Shown: positions 38,798 to 49,088, counted from the stretch's first letter. The stretch: DNA of 64,000 nt from an uncultured Chloroflexia bacterium (GCA_963797095.1 CAWCNY010000003.1:992001-1056000); one strand, 5' to 3'. Numbers and translations are program-made. Notes: generated by a model not told the origin, from the sequence alone.

Positions 38798-41700
38798 TCA
38801 CGCCGTCCCCCCTTCGGGCTGGGCCTGGTGGGGGGTTTGGGGCATTGGGCCTTGCCTTGGGCGGCGTGCCCACTGGACTGTTGGCTTGTCCATTGGCTGC
38901 GGAAGGCGGCCTTTGCGGATGTCGCACATGAAGGACTTGCCTTCGTGCATGCTTACGTTTGGTTCGGTGACCATAGGGGTCAACTCGTTGGCTTGCCCGC
39001 CTGTGACCTCGCCTGTGTAGCTGAAGTGGATCGGCACGCCGACCTGGTGGACCTCCTTGCCCTCGATAGTGAGGGTGTGGAGGCGAGGCGTGACCAGGGC
39101 ACGGGCTTCGATCTCTCCCCTGGGACTCGAAACTACTATCCAATCGCCGTTCTCGACGCCTCGTTCCTGGGCCAGTTGGGGGCTTATCTCCACGAACATG
39201 GCGGGCTGTAGCTCGTTGAGCCAGCTATCGAAGCGGCTCATGCCGCCGCTCAGGTAGTGCTCGGTGAGCCTGTAAGTGGTGGCGACGATGGGGTATTGAG
39301 GGTCGGCGGGCGGGGCGATTGGGTTGAAGGGCGAGTCCTCCACTTTGGCGGTAGGGTTGGCGCGCTGCTTGTAGAGGGGGTTGGCGATGGGCGATTCTAT
39401 CGGCTCGTAGTGCGTGGGCAGCGGGCCGTCCTTGATGCCGTTGGGCGCGAAAAGCCACCCCCTGCCGTCCGAGTGCATGATAAAGGGCGCATCGCCGTCT
39501 ATGGCGTCCATGCCTTGCGCGTTTTCGGGCGCGCGGTAGGTGGGCGGCTTATCGGGCGGGAAGTCGGGGGTGTCGTAGCCTGTCCACTTGCCCTGCTCCT
39601 CGTCCCACCAGATATAGCGCTTGCGCTCGCTCCAGGGCTTGCCTTCGGCGTCGGCGCTGGCGCGGTTGTACATCATGCGGCGGTTGGCAGGCCAGGCCCA
39701 GCCCCAATTCGATTTCGGATTGTAGATTGTAGATTGCGGATTGGGAGAGGGACGTTCGGCTGAGCGGTTGCGGTCTTCTTCGGGCCACACGCCTGAGTAG
39801 ATCCAGCACCCGCAGGCGGTGGTGCCGTCGTCTTTTAGCTCTGAGAAGCCTTTCAGGAGTACCGGGTTCCAAGTTCCAAGTTCCAAGTTCCTGGTTTCTA
39901 GTTCCTGGTCGGACTCGGCACTCGGCACTCGGTACTTGGTACTCACTCTGTACCCATTGATCTCACGTAGCACCTTGCCTGCGTCCGGCTCGTTTTCGAT
40001 GCGGCTCCTCGTGCCGTGGGGGAGCGTTTCGGGGTGGCCGGTGGCGTAATCCCACGTGAGGTTCAGGAGACCCTGGTCGCGATCTCTTGCGCTGCCCTTG
40101 TACATCTCCTTCAGGCGAAGGCCGAGGTTCCAGATAAACCAGAGGTCTGAGCGGCAATCGCCAGGCGGGTCTACGGCTTTGTCGTGCCATTGGAGCAGGC
40201 GCTGGGTGTTGGTGAGGGTGCCCGGCTTTTCGGCCACAGCGGCGGCGGGCAGATAGAATATCTCGGTGCCGATCTCTTTGGGATTGGGGTTGTCGGGGCC
40301 TTCGCGCCAGAACTCGGCGCTCTCAAGCAGGAAGAAGTCGCGCACCACTAACCACTTAAGGTGCTTGAGGCCCTCGCGGTTGAGCCTGGCGTTGGGCGCG
40401 CCCGCGGCGGGGTTCTGGCCTATCAGGAACAGGCCCTCCACCTCGTCCTTCGCCATATTAGCGAATGTCACCAGTTGCGAGTAGTCGCCGTCGATGCGGG
40501 GCAGCCACCCGAAGCCGAAGTCGTTGTCGGGTTGGGCGGCGTCGCCGTACCACGCCTTGAGGAGGCTCACCATGAACTTGGGCATATTGGCCCAGTAGCC
40601 GGTGGGGGTGACCTCGTTCTCCAGGTACTCGCCCAGCGAGTTGTGGCCGCGCCGGGAGTCGGGCTGGGGAAGGTAGCCGGGGAGGAGGTTGTAGAGGGTT
40701 GGGATGTCGGTCGAGCCCTGGATGCTGGCGTGGCCTCTCATCGCCATGATACCGCCGCCTGGCCTGCCCGCGTTGCCCAGGAGAAGTTGCAGGATACCCG
40801 CCGTCCTGATGATCTGAACGCCCGTGGTGTGCTGGGTCCATCCAAGGGCGTATACCATAGCCGCTGTGCGCTCGCGCCCTGAGTTCTGCATGAGGGCTTC
40901 GGCCACCGCCATGAACTGCTCTTGCGTGCATCCGCACGTATCGGCGACCACCTCAGGGGTGTAGCGCGAGTAGTGGCGGCGCAGGATGTTCAGTACGCAG
41001 TTGGGGTGCTGGAGGGTGGGGTCGCGGTGGGGCCTGCCTCTATGGTGTCCGGCGGTCGTCTTGCTCCACGACTCTGTTGACTGGCCCTGTGGCGTATGAG
41101 CAGATGGGGGCGGGTCGGTCCCTTCGTACTGCCAGTTGGCTTTGTGGAGGTCGTACTCGTGCGTTTGCTGGTTGAGACCGGAGAAGATGCCGTCCGCGTC
41201 CTCGGCGTCCACATACTTGTCGCTGACGATGGAGTTGGCGTTGGTGAAACTGAGCACGTACTCTTTGAACCAGCGGTCTTGCTCAAGTACCTGGTGGATG
41301 ATTCCGCCCAGGAAGACAATGTCGGTGCCTGTGCGGATCGGCACGTAGTCGGTGGCGGATGCGGAGGTACGGCTGAAGTGGGGATCGACGTGGATCACGC
41401 GCGCCCCTCGCTCACGCGCCTTCATCACGAAGCGGAAGCCCACCGGGTGCGCCTCGGCCATATTGCTGCCCATGATCAGGACACAATCAGCGTTCTGAAG
41501 ATCTTCCTGAAAAGATGTGGCCGCTCCGCGACCGAAGGAGGCGCTCAAACTGGGCACCGATGCGCTGTGTCATATACGAGCCTGGTTCTCGATTGCCACG
41601 ATCCCCAGGTTGTTGAACAGCTTCTTGATCAGGTAGTTCTCCTCGTTGTCGAGGGTGGCCCCGCCCAGGTGCGCGATAGAGGTGGTGTGGTTGAGGATGT

Positions 41701-42106
41701 TGCCCTGCTCGTCCCTCTCCTTGAATGTGACCTCGCGGGTTTCATAGACGCGCTGCGCGATCCGCTCCATAGCCCAATCGAGGGAGACTGTTTCCCAGTG
41801 GTCGCTGTAGGGCGCGCGGTAGAGAACTGTCTTCTGCCTGTGGGGGTTGATGGTAAGCTGGAAGGTGTTGGACCCCTTGGGGCAGAGCGTGCCCTCGTTG
41901 ATAGGGCTGCGCTCGTCGCCCTCTATATCTATAATCTGCCCGCCTTTCACGTAGATACGCTGGGCGCACCCCACCGCGCAGTAAGGGCACACGCCGTTCA
42001 CCGCCACAGCATCACGGATGCGCGAGTGCTTGGCGGCTGTGAGGGCGCTAACCGGCTGTTTGGGGTGGTTGGGGTGGAGTTGGAAGAATGTGTGAAATTT
42101 GTTCAT
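38798..42106 (-). CDS. Selenocysteine-containing formate dehydrogenase alpha subunit (FdnG/FdoG-like)
   Basis: CPYCAVGC...LCPKG; NQARI-TGA(41570-72)-HSASVPSLSASFGRGA in frame with the downstream ORF; RGHASIQG; molybdopterin-binding C-terminus. Confidence 0.93.
41540..41569 (-). promoter_or_regulatory. Putative bacterial SECIS element
   Basis: GGTGCCCAGTTTGAGCGCC stem-loop starting about 12 nt after the UGA. Confidence 0.65.
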
Positions 42107-42116
42107 AACGAATCCT

Positions 42117-42530
42117 CTAAGCCGTATCCTCGCGCATCAGCACTTGAAACCCTGCTTGTAAGAAATGGCGATCAAATGTCAAAGCAGAGGTGATGCCAGC
42201 TCCCTTCATAACTACAAAGGAAACGCAATCAGTTAAGCCCCACGATTTGTCTATGTAATCTTTATACAAGTCGAATGCTTGTGCAAATAAGTCAGGTGTC
42301 AGGTGGACAATCTCTATATCCTCAGCCGAAAGAAATCGCTCAATTATATCAACTGCTTCTGATTTGTAGTTTCGCGACAGTGCATTGCCGATCTCAAGGA
42401 GAACAGCATCCGTAGTAATTAGTGGATAACCTGCAAATTGATCGGCAGCAGTCTTTGCTTGTCCGTGGAACTGATCTTTTTGGTTGACCAAGGCGACCAC
42501 AAAGAGAGTGTCAACGAATAGCTTATTCAA
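42117..42530 (-). CDS. PIN-domain (VapC-like) toxin
   Basis: FVDT, WGLTDCVSF, TFDRHF; TTG start overlaps the antitoxin stop. Confidence 0.88.
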   Translation of the reverse strand: MNKLFVDTLFVVALVNQKDQFHGQAKTAADQFAGYPLITTDAVLLEIGNALSRNYKSEAVDIIERFLSAEDIEIVHLTPDLFAQAFDLYKDYIDKSWGLTDCVSFVVMKGAGITSALTFDRHFLQAGFQVLMREDTA

Positions 42531-42774
42531 ACTGCTTCTCCCCATTCAAATACGTGTCAAGATTAGAGGAAAAGTCCTCCGGTGCGTCAATATGGATCTC
42601 CTGAAGTTTTGTTAGCAGGCTGTTCTTCCTTGCCTTTTCGTCCGGTTGCTGAACAGGTACAAAGCGGGCAATTACGTGCCCCTCACGTACAACATCGATT
42701 GTTTCGCCGTCTTCCACTAACCGTAGCGCATCCATTAGCTCTGCGCTCAACTCACTGATCTCTAGCGTCTTCAC
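42523..42774 (-). CDS. Phd/YefM-like antitoxin
   Basis: MKTLEISEL...VEDGETIDVVREGHVIARFVP; AAGGAGG RBS. Confidence 0.8.
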   Translation of the reverse strand: MKTLEISELSAELMDALRLVEDGETIDVVREGHVIARFVPVQQPDEKARKNSLLTKLQEIHIDAPEDFSSNLDTYLNGEKQFE

Positions 42775-42838
42775 GAACGCCTCCTTTCTCCATCATTATA
42801 CGACCGCCCTATATATGTGTTGGGTGTCAACGTGTCAT

Positions 42839-43271
42839 CTATGGTTGCATAGCAATAATCACGCCGCCGGTGCGGGTAAGTTGCTCGTTATCCCAGGTCA
42901 ACAACGGCAACCCTAACTGCTTGGCGGTTGCCACGTAAATAGCATCTGCTCCCCGAAGCTTCAGCGTAGACGCAATGGCGGTAGCTTCCTTGACCAATGG
43001 CGCATCGATGGGCACGATGCGCATCAGAACTCAATTGCTCTATGGTAGTTGCGGCTTGCAATGCCATTTGAGCAAGTCCCAACCTTCGGGAAATAGCGGC
43101 TGCTATCTCGGTCAGCAGGATAGCCGGTGCTACCATCAGCCCTCCCGCCCTGGTGTGCCTGTCTATCCAGTTGTAACTTGCGGCGTGCGTGATATCAGAG
43201 GTGACGAAGAAGGCGACCCACACGCTTGCGTCTATTACTACCGTGGGAGGGATTGGCGGCGGCGCAGCCAC
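42839..43271 (-). pseudogene. Frameshifted PIN-domain toxin
   Basis: VIDASVW N-half and LRGADAIYVA...LTWD C-half lie in different frames; break near 43028. Confidence 0.85.
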
Positions 43272-43534
43272 TAGAAGTCACGCCTCACATCGTCAACAGC
43301 TTCCCGCGCACTGATATCCTCCGGCCAGAGCGCGCTGATCTCCGATACCAATGTATTTAGTTCGGTCCATACGCCATTGGCGTCTCGGTCGATTGTTTTA
43401 CTATTGTGTGCCGGGACGAGACGCACAACGACATGGCCGTGCCGAGTCACTTCTACTACCTCGCCATCTTCCTCAACTTGCCGCAATACTGCGCTGATAT
43501 TTGCCTTTAGCTCTCGAACACCGATCGTTTTCAT
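43271..43534 (-). CDS. Phd/YefM family antitoxin
   Basis: MKTIGVRELK...VEVTRHGHVVVRLVP. Confidence 0.9.
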   Translation of the reverse strand: MKTIGVRELKANISAVLRQVEEDGEVVEVTRHGHVVVRLVPAHNSKTIDRDANGVWTELNTLVSEISALWPEDISAREAVDDVRRDF

Positions 43535-43556
43535 GTAGATTAGTCCTGCTTTAGCT

Positions 43557-43607
43557 GATGTAGTTACAGTGTGACTACATCTTACCCCGCATCTTGTCCT
43601 GTGTCAA
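43557..43607 (-). promoter_or_regulatory. TA promoter with palindromic operator
   Basis: Minus-strand TTGACA-17-TAAGAT; GATGTAGT-9nt-ACTACATC palindrome at 43557-43581. Confidence 0.75.
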
Positions 43608-44059
43608 CGTGTCACTCCTGCGCCGTCTCTGAGGTCGATCCTGACCTGCGTGCCGCCACTGTCGCCCTGGTGGGTTTGCACGTCTATCCAGTAGGTCGCT
43701 GGTGGTTGTTCGTAGCTCGTCCAACTAAACAGGAGGGCCTGTGGGTCGGGCTGGAAGTCATCGCTTTTCCAACCATCGTCTTCTAATTGCTTCTTATAGA
43801 ATGCCAGTATCGCCTTGGACGAATCGGGTGTAGTGAAAGTCACCGATTTGTAAATGTTGAGTGTGGCGTCTTCGGGGCCTAGCTCTCTTTCCTCCACCTT
43901 AGCCACTCCCGGATACACCGGTGGGTTCTGCAAGGTAGTGGGTGGCCCATTTGAGCAGGCAACCAGCAGGAACAGTACCAGGCCCAGGAGAGAAAGACGT
44001 AAAACCGTCTTGATCCCTTGTGATCTCTTTGTGTTCTTCGTGCCTTTGTGGTTCCACAA
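43604..44059 (-). CDS. Hypothetical lipoprotein
   Basis: Hydrophobic stretch with lipobox LVAC; PPVYPG and FYKKQLEDDGWK motifs; start uncertain. Confidence 0.65.
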   Translation of the reverse strand: MWNHKGTKNTKRSQGIKTVLRLSLLGLVLFLLVACSNGPPTTLQNPPVYPGVAKVEERELGPEDATLNIYKSVTFTTPDSSKAILAFYKKQLEDDGWKSDDFQPDPQALLFSWTSYEQPPATYWIDVQTHQGDSGGTQVRIDLRDGAGVTR

Positions 44060-44063
44060 AGCC

Positions 44064-44909
44064 TTACCCAACAATTCGTTCTTCGCCGGAGTAGATATTA
44101 CACCGCACCTCTCGAAGAAACGCCACCAGAGTAATACCCCCCTCGCGGGCCAGGCCAACCGCCAGACTGGTTGGCGCTGATATGGTGGCGAGTATGGTAA
44201 CCCCCGCCGCCAGCGCCTTCTGCACGATCTCGAAGGAGGCCCGGCTGGTTACTACCAGGATCTTGTCCTGCAAGGGCAACAACCCCTTCATGAGCCCGTA
44301 TCCCACGACCTTATCGACCGCGTTGTGGCGTCCTACATCCTCTCGCAAGACCAATAACTCGCCTTCCTGGTCGAACAGAGCAGCCGCGTGAAGGCCGCCT
44401 GTCTGCTCGAATCCCTCCTGGCGCTTCTTCAACTTGTCGGGCAGCGAATAAAGAAGATCGAGCGTCGCGCTCCCCACGGCAGGCACGCAGGGGAAGTTCA
44501 GCAACACCTGCTCTGCGCTCTCTTTGCCGCAGATGCCGCAACTGGACGAGGCATACAGGCTGCGCCGCCAGCGCCTGGGATCCACAAGCGCGCGCTCTGC
44601 CGGTGTGGCATTGATCACGTTCGGAGAGGGCGAGTCTCCGCTTGCTTCGTCGGGACAATGGTGTATGCTCTCTATGTGTCCTGCGTTGGCGATTATACCC
44701 TCGGTGAAGAGGAAGCCCGCAGCCAACTCCTCGTCGTGACCGGGCGTGCGCATAGTGACCACCACGTTTTCGCCCGCCATGCGGATCTGCAACGGCTCCT
44801 CCACAGGGAGCAAGTCCTGATTGACCCTACAATCGCGCCCCACGCAGCGCTTCACCTCAACGCCCTGCGCTTGCTGAGTGCCGGTGCTAATTTCCTGGAT
44901 GCCGTCCAT
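44064..44909 (-). CDS. fdhD: Formate dehydrogenase accessory sulfurtransferase
   Basis: VEEPL, MRTPG, SSCGICG, TGGLHAA, EDVGRHNAVDK; TTGACT-17-TAGAAT-5nt-ATG suggests a leaderless start at 44909. Confidence 0.95.
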   Translation of the reverse strand: MDGIQEISTGTQQAQGVEVKRCVGRDCRVNQDLLPVEEPLQIRMAGENVVVTMRTPGHDEELAAGFLFTEGIIANAGHIESIHHCPDEASGDSPSPNVINATPAERALVDPRRWRRSLYASSSCGICGKESAEQVLLNFPCVPAVGSATLDLLYSLPDKLKKRQEGFEQTGGLHAAALFDQEGELLVLREDVGRHNAVDKVVGYGLMKGLLPLQDKILVVTSRASFEIVQKALAAGVTILATISAPTSLAVGLAREGGITLVAFLREVRCNIYSGEERIVG

Positions 44910-45165
44910 GCCGTATTCTACGCCTGCCATGGTGCGCAGTCAACCGCCTTCCGAAGTAAAAGGGCGATTGCATCTAAATAGGTATAGGACCAGGGAGCAC
45001 CTTGAGGCCAGCCCGCCTGCTTCTCAACGCTAACCTGATATAATCGCCAATAACCGCAATCCTGTGAGGTCGTTTCCCATAATCCATAACAGGGAGCAGG
45101 GCACCGGACCCGATCGCACAGAGAGATGCAAGAGTGGTTCCAAATAGAGCAAGGAGGTTCGAGAC

Positions 45166-45549
45166 ATGAACGCGGATAACTCGGCATCGGTAGAGGTTCT
45201 ACAGCAGATACTCGATGCATTCAACCGTCACGACCTGGACGCCATCATGGAATTCTTCGCGGAGGACGCCGTCTTTGAATCGCCCCGAGGACGCGACGCA
45301 TGGGGGAATAGATTACTGGGTAAAGATCGTGTGCGCGAGGGTCTGGCCGCTCGGTTTACAGGCATCCCCGATGTTCATTATGGGGACGATACCCACTGGG
45401 TGTGCGGCAATAGGGGTGTGTCGGAGTGGACGCTTACGGGAACGACCACCGAGGGAGTTCCTGTGAATGTGAGGGGATGCGACCTGTGGGAGTTCCGTGG
45501 CGGCGAGATCGTGAGAAAGGACTCCTTCTGGAAGATCGTGGAGCAGTAG
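45166..45549 (+). CDS. NTF2/SnoaL-like protein
   Basis: DAFNRHDLDAIM, RGCDLW, KDSFWK; AAGGAGG RBS. Confidence 0.88.
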   Translation: MNADNSASVEVLQQILDAFNRHDLDAIMEFFAEDAVFESPRGRDAWGNRLLGKDRVREGLAARFTGIPDVHYGDDTHWVCGNRGVSEWTLTGTTTEGVPVNVRGCDLWEFRGGEIVRKDSFWKIVEQ

Positions 45550-45659
45550 CGGGCTATGCGAACCGCAATTTAGATGCAATCGCCCTGGAAGTAAACCGGC
45601 CATCCTTGCTGTTGCGTATTATTGTTGAGGAGTAGATACCCTCAAGGGAGACACAATCT

Positions 45660-46481
45660 ATGCAAACACCCGCTTATACAGACAACAATACTCAGGACCT
45701 TTTGAGGCAGATTTCGGTCGCGGTGGCCTATCTCGTCATGGTTGTAGTGAATGCGCTTGCCAACATCCTGCCCATCAACGGCAGGACGACCGCGCAGGTA
45801 TCGGATACATTCGACGTTTTCTTCGTGCCCGCGGGCTACGTCTTTTCGATCTGGGGCCTGATCTACCTGGCCTTATTGGCGTTCACCATCTACCAAGCCC
45901 TGCCCACCCAGCGTGCGAACCCGGCCTTACGCAGGATCGGCTGGCTGTTCGTCCTATCGTGCGCGGCCAACACGATCTGGATTTTCATGTGGCACTACGG
46001 CCTCATCCCTCTTACATTGGTCCTTATGCTGACTTTGCTGGCCTCTTTGATCGCCGTATATGTCGTCCTCGATATTGGCCGCACACCCGTTCCCGCCGGG
46101 GAGCGGTGGTTGGTGCACCTGCCGTTCAGCATCTACCTCGGCTGGATTACAGTCGCCACCATCGCCAATGCCACCGATCTTCTTTACTACCTCAACTGGG
46201 ATGGCTGGGGCATCGGGGCGCAAACCTGGGCGGTGATCATGCTGGCTGTAGGGATCGTACTCGGTTTGCTGATGGCGGCCCTGCGTCGCGATGTGGCCTT
46301 CTTGCTGGTGCTGGTATGGGCTTTCGCGGGCATCGCCGTCAAACAGAGCGATGGCGATGCGCCCATGGTAGCTGTAGCAGCGGGCGTAGCATCTGCCTTC
46401 GTAGCCCTGCTGGCTATCCTGACTATCCTGTTGCCCCGCATCAACCCCCGCACTCCCCACCCCGGCCCAAATCAGGCTTGA
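45660..46481 (+). CDS. Tryptophan-rich (TspO-related) membrane protein
   Basis: PAGYVFSIWGLIY and PFSIYLGWITVATIAN motifs. Confidence 0.8.
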   Translation: MQTPAYTDNNTQDLLRQISVAVAYLVMVVVNALANILPINGRTTAQVSDTFDVFFVPAGYVFSIWGLIYLALLAFTIYQALPTQRANPALRRIGWLFVLSCAANTIWIFMWHYGLIPLTLVLMLTLLASLIAVYVVLDIGRTPVPAGERWLVHLPFSIYLGWITVATIANATDLLYYLNWDGWGIGAQTWAVIMLAVGIVLGLLMAALRRDVAFLLVLVWAFAGIAVKQSDGDAPMVAVAAGVASAFVALLAILTILLPRINPRTPHPGPNQA

Positions 46482-46487
46482 TCGCTG

Positions 46488-46558
46488 GACGAAGGACGAA
46501 AGACGAAAGCATAAGCCTCCGTCTTTCGTCTTTCGTCTTTCGTCTTTCGTCTTTCGTC
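46488..46558. terminator. Heptamer-built hairpin between convergent genes (possible bidirectional terminator)
   Basis: GACGAA(G/A) x3 facing CGTCTTT x5. Confidence 0.6.
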
Positions 46559-46567
46559 AACTTACCG

Positions 46568-49015
46568 TCATTGCTGTTCGAGCTGGATATCGACATCTAT
46601 CGTTGCGGGTAAGTCGTCGGTGATCGGTACAGCATCCGCCGTGCTGCTCTGATATCCATCGGCGAATGCTCCCATGCTGAACGCCTTACCTCGCGGCAGG
46701 GGCGTGGACAGTGTGAACGTGCCGTCCGCGTCGGTGAATGCCAGGTCGAGGATCTGGTCCGGGTCGTCGGTGAAGTCGGCCCAGGTCACACCCTCTGCCA
46801 GCACCGCGAAGATAGCACCCTCGATCGGTTGGCCTGTGGTCGCATCTGTGATCGTGCCCTTGATTATCACGCTATCCTCAAGGCTTGGCGTTGGTGTGGG
46901 TGTAGGCACATTGTTGACATCACCGATGGTGGCTGTGGCGGTCTGGACCAGCGTGCCCTGTATGGAGAGTTCCACCTCGTAAGTGCCCACAGGCAGCGGC
47001 GATCCATCGTCCATATACAGGTAGCTTGACCACGTGCCCAACTCGCCGCCCTGCCATTGCTCGTCCTCGTCCACGGCGACATCGCCATCCAGCAGCCAGG
47101 TCACGTTCCAGTCAAGCCCATCCTGCATCCCTTCGTAGTCCCAGACGGCGTACAGCTCGAACGTCGGGTCGGGGAAGGCTGTGCCTGGGTTGGTCGGATT
47201 GCCATCCTCGTCCTGCCCATCGCCGAAGGTGACCGGGCCGAACAGCCCGCCACCACCATTATTGTTGTTTCCACCCACGAGCCAAACGTCCGCCGTGCCC
47301 GATAGTTGGTCTTCTATGTTTAGCTCGACCCGGTACACACCTTCCTCAAGCGGAGTATCGGACGTGAAGTTGGTGGTGAAGTTGCCGTCCGAACCCTGGT
47401 CCCAGCTTTCCTCGTCAGAGGAAAATACCTTGTTCCACTGGCCCGAGTCGTCCCTCTGGTACCAGACCGCCTGCCACTGTTCGTCGCTCATGTTGGCGGC
47501 GGTGAAGTTGGCCGTGAGCGTGTCCACATTGGCGGAGAGCACATTGCCTGTTTCGCCATTGGCGCTGAAGGTAACATCGCTGAACGCGGGTGCTGCCTGG
47601 TCTGCTCCGCCCACCTCAATGCTGGTCTCCCCTATTGACTTCCCGTTGTAATCAACCTCGAACTTATAGGTGCCATCGGGCAGGTCTTCGGCGTCCAGCC
47701 AGCCGAACCACCAGGTGCCGTCCGACCCGTTCATCTCGGCATCCCATTCGGAGACAGGCCAGGCGTCTTCCTCCTCCTCTCCATTGATAAAGGCGCGCAT
47801 TTGCCAGGTGTCGCCCGTTTGGAATCCGCTATAGTCAAAGTAGCACACGATGTTGGGTGTGCCTGATGGTAAGGAGGTTACCACGCTCAATGGGTAGCCG
47901 CTGTCGGCCACGCCATTAGCGACTATCATCCTCGATACCCTGGCTTCGCCCGTGCCTGTGCCCGCCGTTGCGCTGGGTGTGGCGCTGGCACCGGGGGTCG
48001 CACTCGCTCCCGGCGTGCCTGCCGACTCAGTCGCGATGGGGGTAGCCACAGTGGGGGTGCGGCCAGGGGTAGCCGTCTTGCCGGGTGTAGCTGTGCGCGC
48101 CGGCTTGTTGGGCGTTGGCTGAGGGCCGAGGCCGCTGGTAGCCTGGGTGATTAGAGACTTGGCGAGGTCTACGGGGCGCAGGGCGTTTATGAAACCGCCG
48201 AACGGCACGCAGGTATCCTGGTCATCGATCTTGCCGTCGCCGTTGGTGTCCACCAGTTGGCGGCAGTCCACGATGTCAGGGTTGTCGCCTGAGCCGCCCT
48301 GGGTCGGCACACCGATCAGGTTGCCCGACTCGTCAACGGCTGTGCCGCCGCTGTTGCCGCCGGAGATGGTGGCGCTGGTCTTGATCCATGCGCGCCCCTC
48401 CACCCCCGCCTCAAAGCTGAAGCCGCTGATGTCGCCCGATGTATAAGTAATCGTTTCGCCGCCGATGGCCGGGTAGCCGAAAATGTTCACCTTCTCGCCC
48501 AACCTGAGCTTGCTGGAGTCGCCCAAGGGGACGGATGGCAGCCCAAGCGACTGGCCGCTCAGGTCGTGCCCGCTCAAGTCTTCGGTGATCTTGATCACGG
48601 CCAGGTCCAGTTGCGGCGAATCTACCACCACATCGGCGATGTAGGTCGGGATGGGTGGATTGTCTGTGTCGGCGGTGATGAAGACGGCCAGTTTGCCTTC
48701 CAGTATCTTGATGTCGGGCCGGTCTTTGACCTGGTCCTCCAGGTCGGATACGTCGGTGACGTGATGGTTGGTCAGGATGTAACCGTCGGGGTGGACGATA
48801 GTGCCGCTGCCCCAACCGAGGAAGCGGATCTTTTTGTTGCCATTCTGGTCGGTGATTTCCGCGATTGGCCCAAGCTGCACCACCGCCGGGTAAACGCGGT
48901 CCACTATATCAGGGTCAATGGCCGCCGCCGGTTGTGGCCTTGCCAGGGGGAGTGCCGCCAGGAGTCCCACCATGCTCGCGGCCAGGACCCGTAGTGTTTT
49001 CCAGTATCTTTTCAT
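46568..49015 (-). CDS. Secreted trypsin-like serine protease with P/T linker, repeated beta domains and C-terminal carboxypeptidase-regulatory-like domain
   Basis: Signal peptide; TNHHV, DLA, GNSGG triad; DTNGDGKID loop; IKGTITDATTGQPIEGA. Confidence 0.88.
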   Translation of the reverse strand: MKRYWKTLRVLAASMVGLLAALPLARPQPAAAIDPDIVDRVYPAVVQLGPIAEITDQNGNKKIRFLGWGSGTIVHPDGYILTNHHVTDVSDLEDQVKDRPDIKILEGKLAVFITADTDNPPIPTYIADVVVDSPQLDLAVIKITEDLSGHDLSGQSLGLPSVPLGDSSKLRLGEKVNIFGYPAIGGETITYTSGDISGFSFEAGVEGRAWIKTSATISGGNSGGTAVDESGNLIGVPTQGGSGDNPDIVDCRQLVDTNGDGKIDDQDTCVPFGGFINALRPVDLAKSLITQATSGLGPQPTPNKPARTATPGKTATPGRTPTVATPIATESAGTPGASATPGASATPSATAGTGTGEARVSRMIVANGVADSGYPLSVVTSLPSGTPNIVCYFDYSGFQTGDTWQMRAFINGEEEEDAWPVSEWDAEMNGSDGTWWFGWLDAEDLPDGTYKFEVDYNGKSIGETSIEVGGADQAAPAFSDVTFSANGETGNVLSANVDTLTANFTAANMSDEQWQAVWYQRDDSGQWNKVFSSDEESWDQGSDGNFTTNFTSDTPLEEGVYRVELNIEDQLSGTADVWLVGGNNNNGGGGLFGPVTFGDGQDEDGNPTNPGTAFPDPTFELYAVWDYEGMQDGLDWNVTWLLDGDVAVDEDEQWQGGELGTWSSYLYMDDGSPLPVGTYEVELSIQGTLVQTATATIGDVNNVPTPTPTPSLEDSVIIKGTITDATTGQPIEGAIFAVLAEGVTWADFTDDPDQILDLAFTDADGTFTLSTPLPRGKAFSMGAFADGYQSSTADAVPITDDLPATIDVDIQLEQQ

Positions 49016-49088
49016 ACTTCTCTCCTCTGTTGGGCTTGGTTGCCCCTTGTCGTCGGTATCTCGTAATTGCCGTTACCGGCGATTGGAG

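Noticed and set aside
41096-42193. 365-aa plus-strand ORF
   Set aside because: Antisense to FDH alpha; no independent coding signal.
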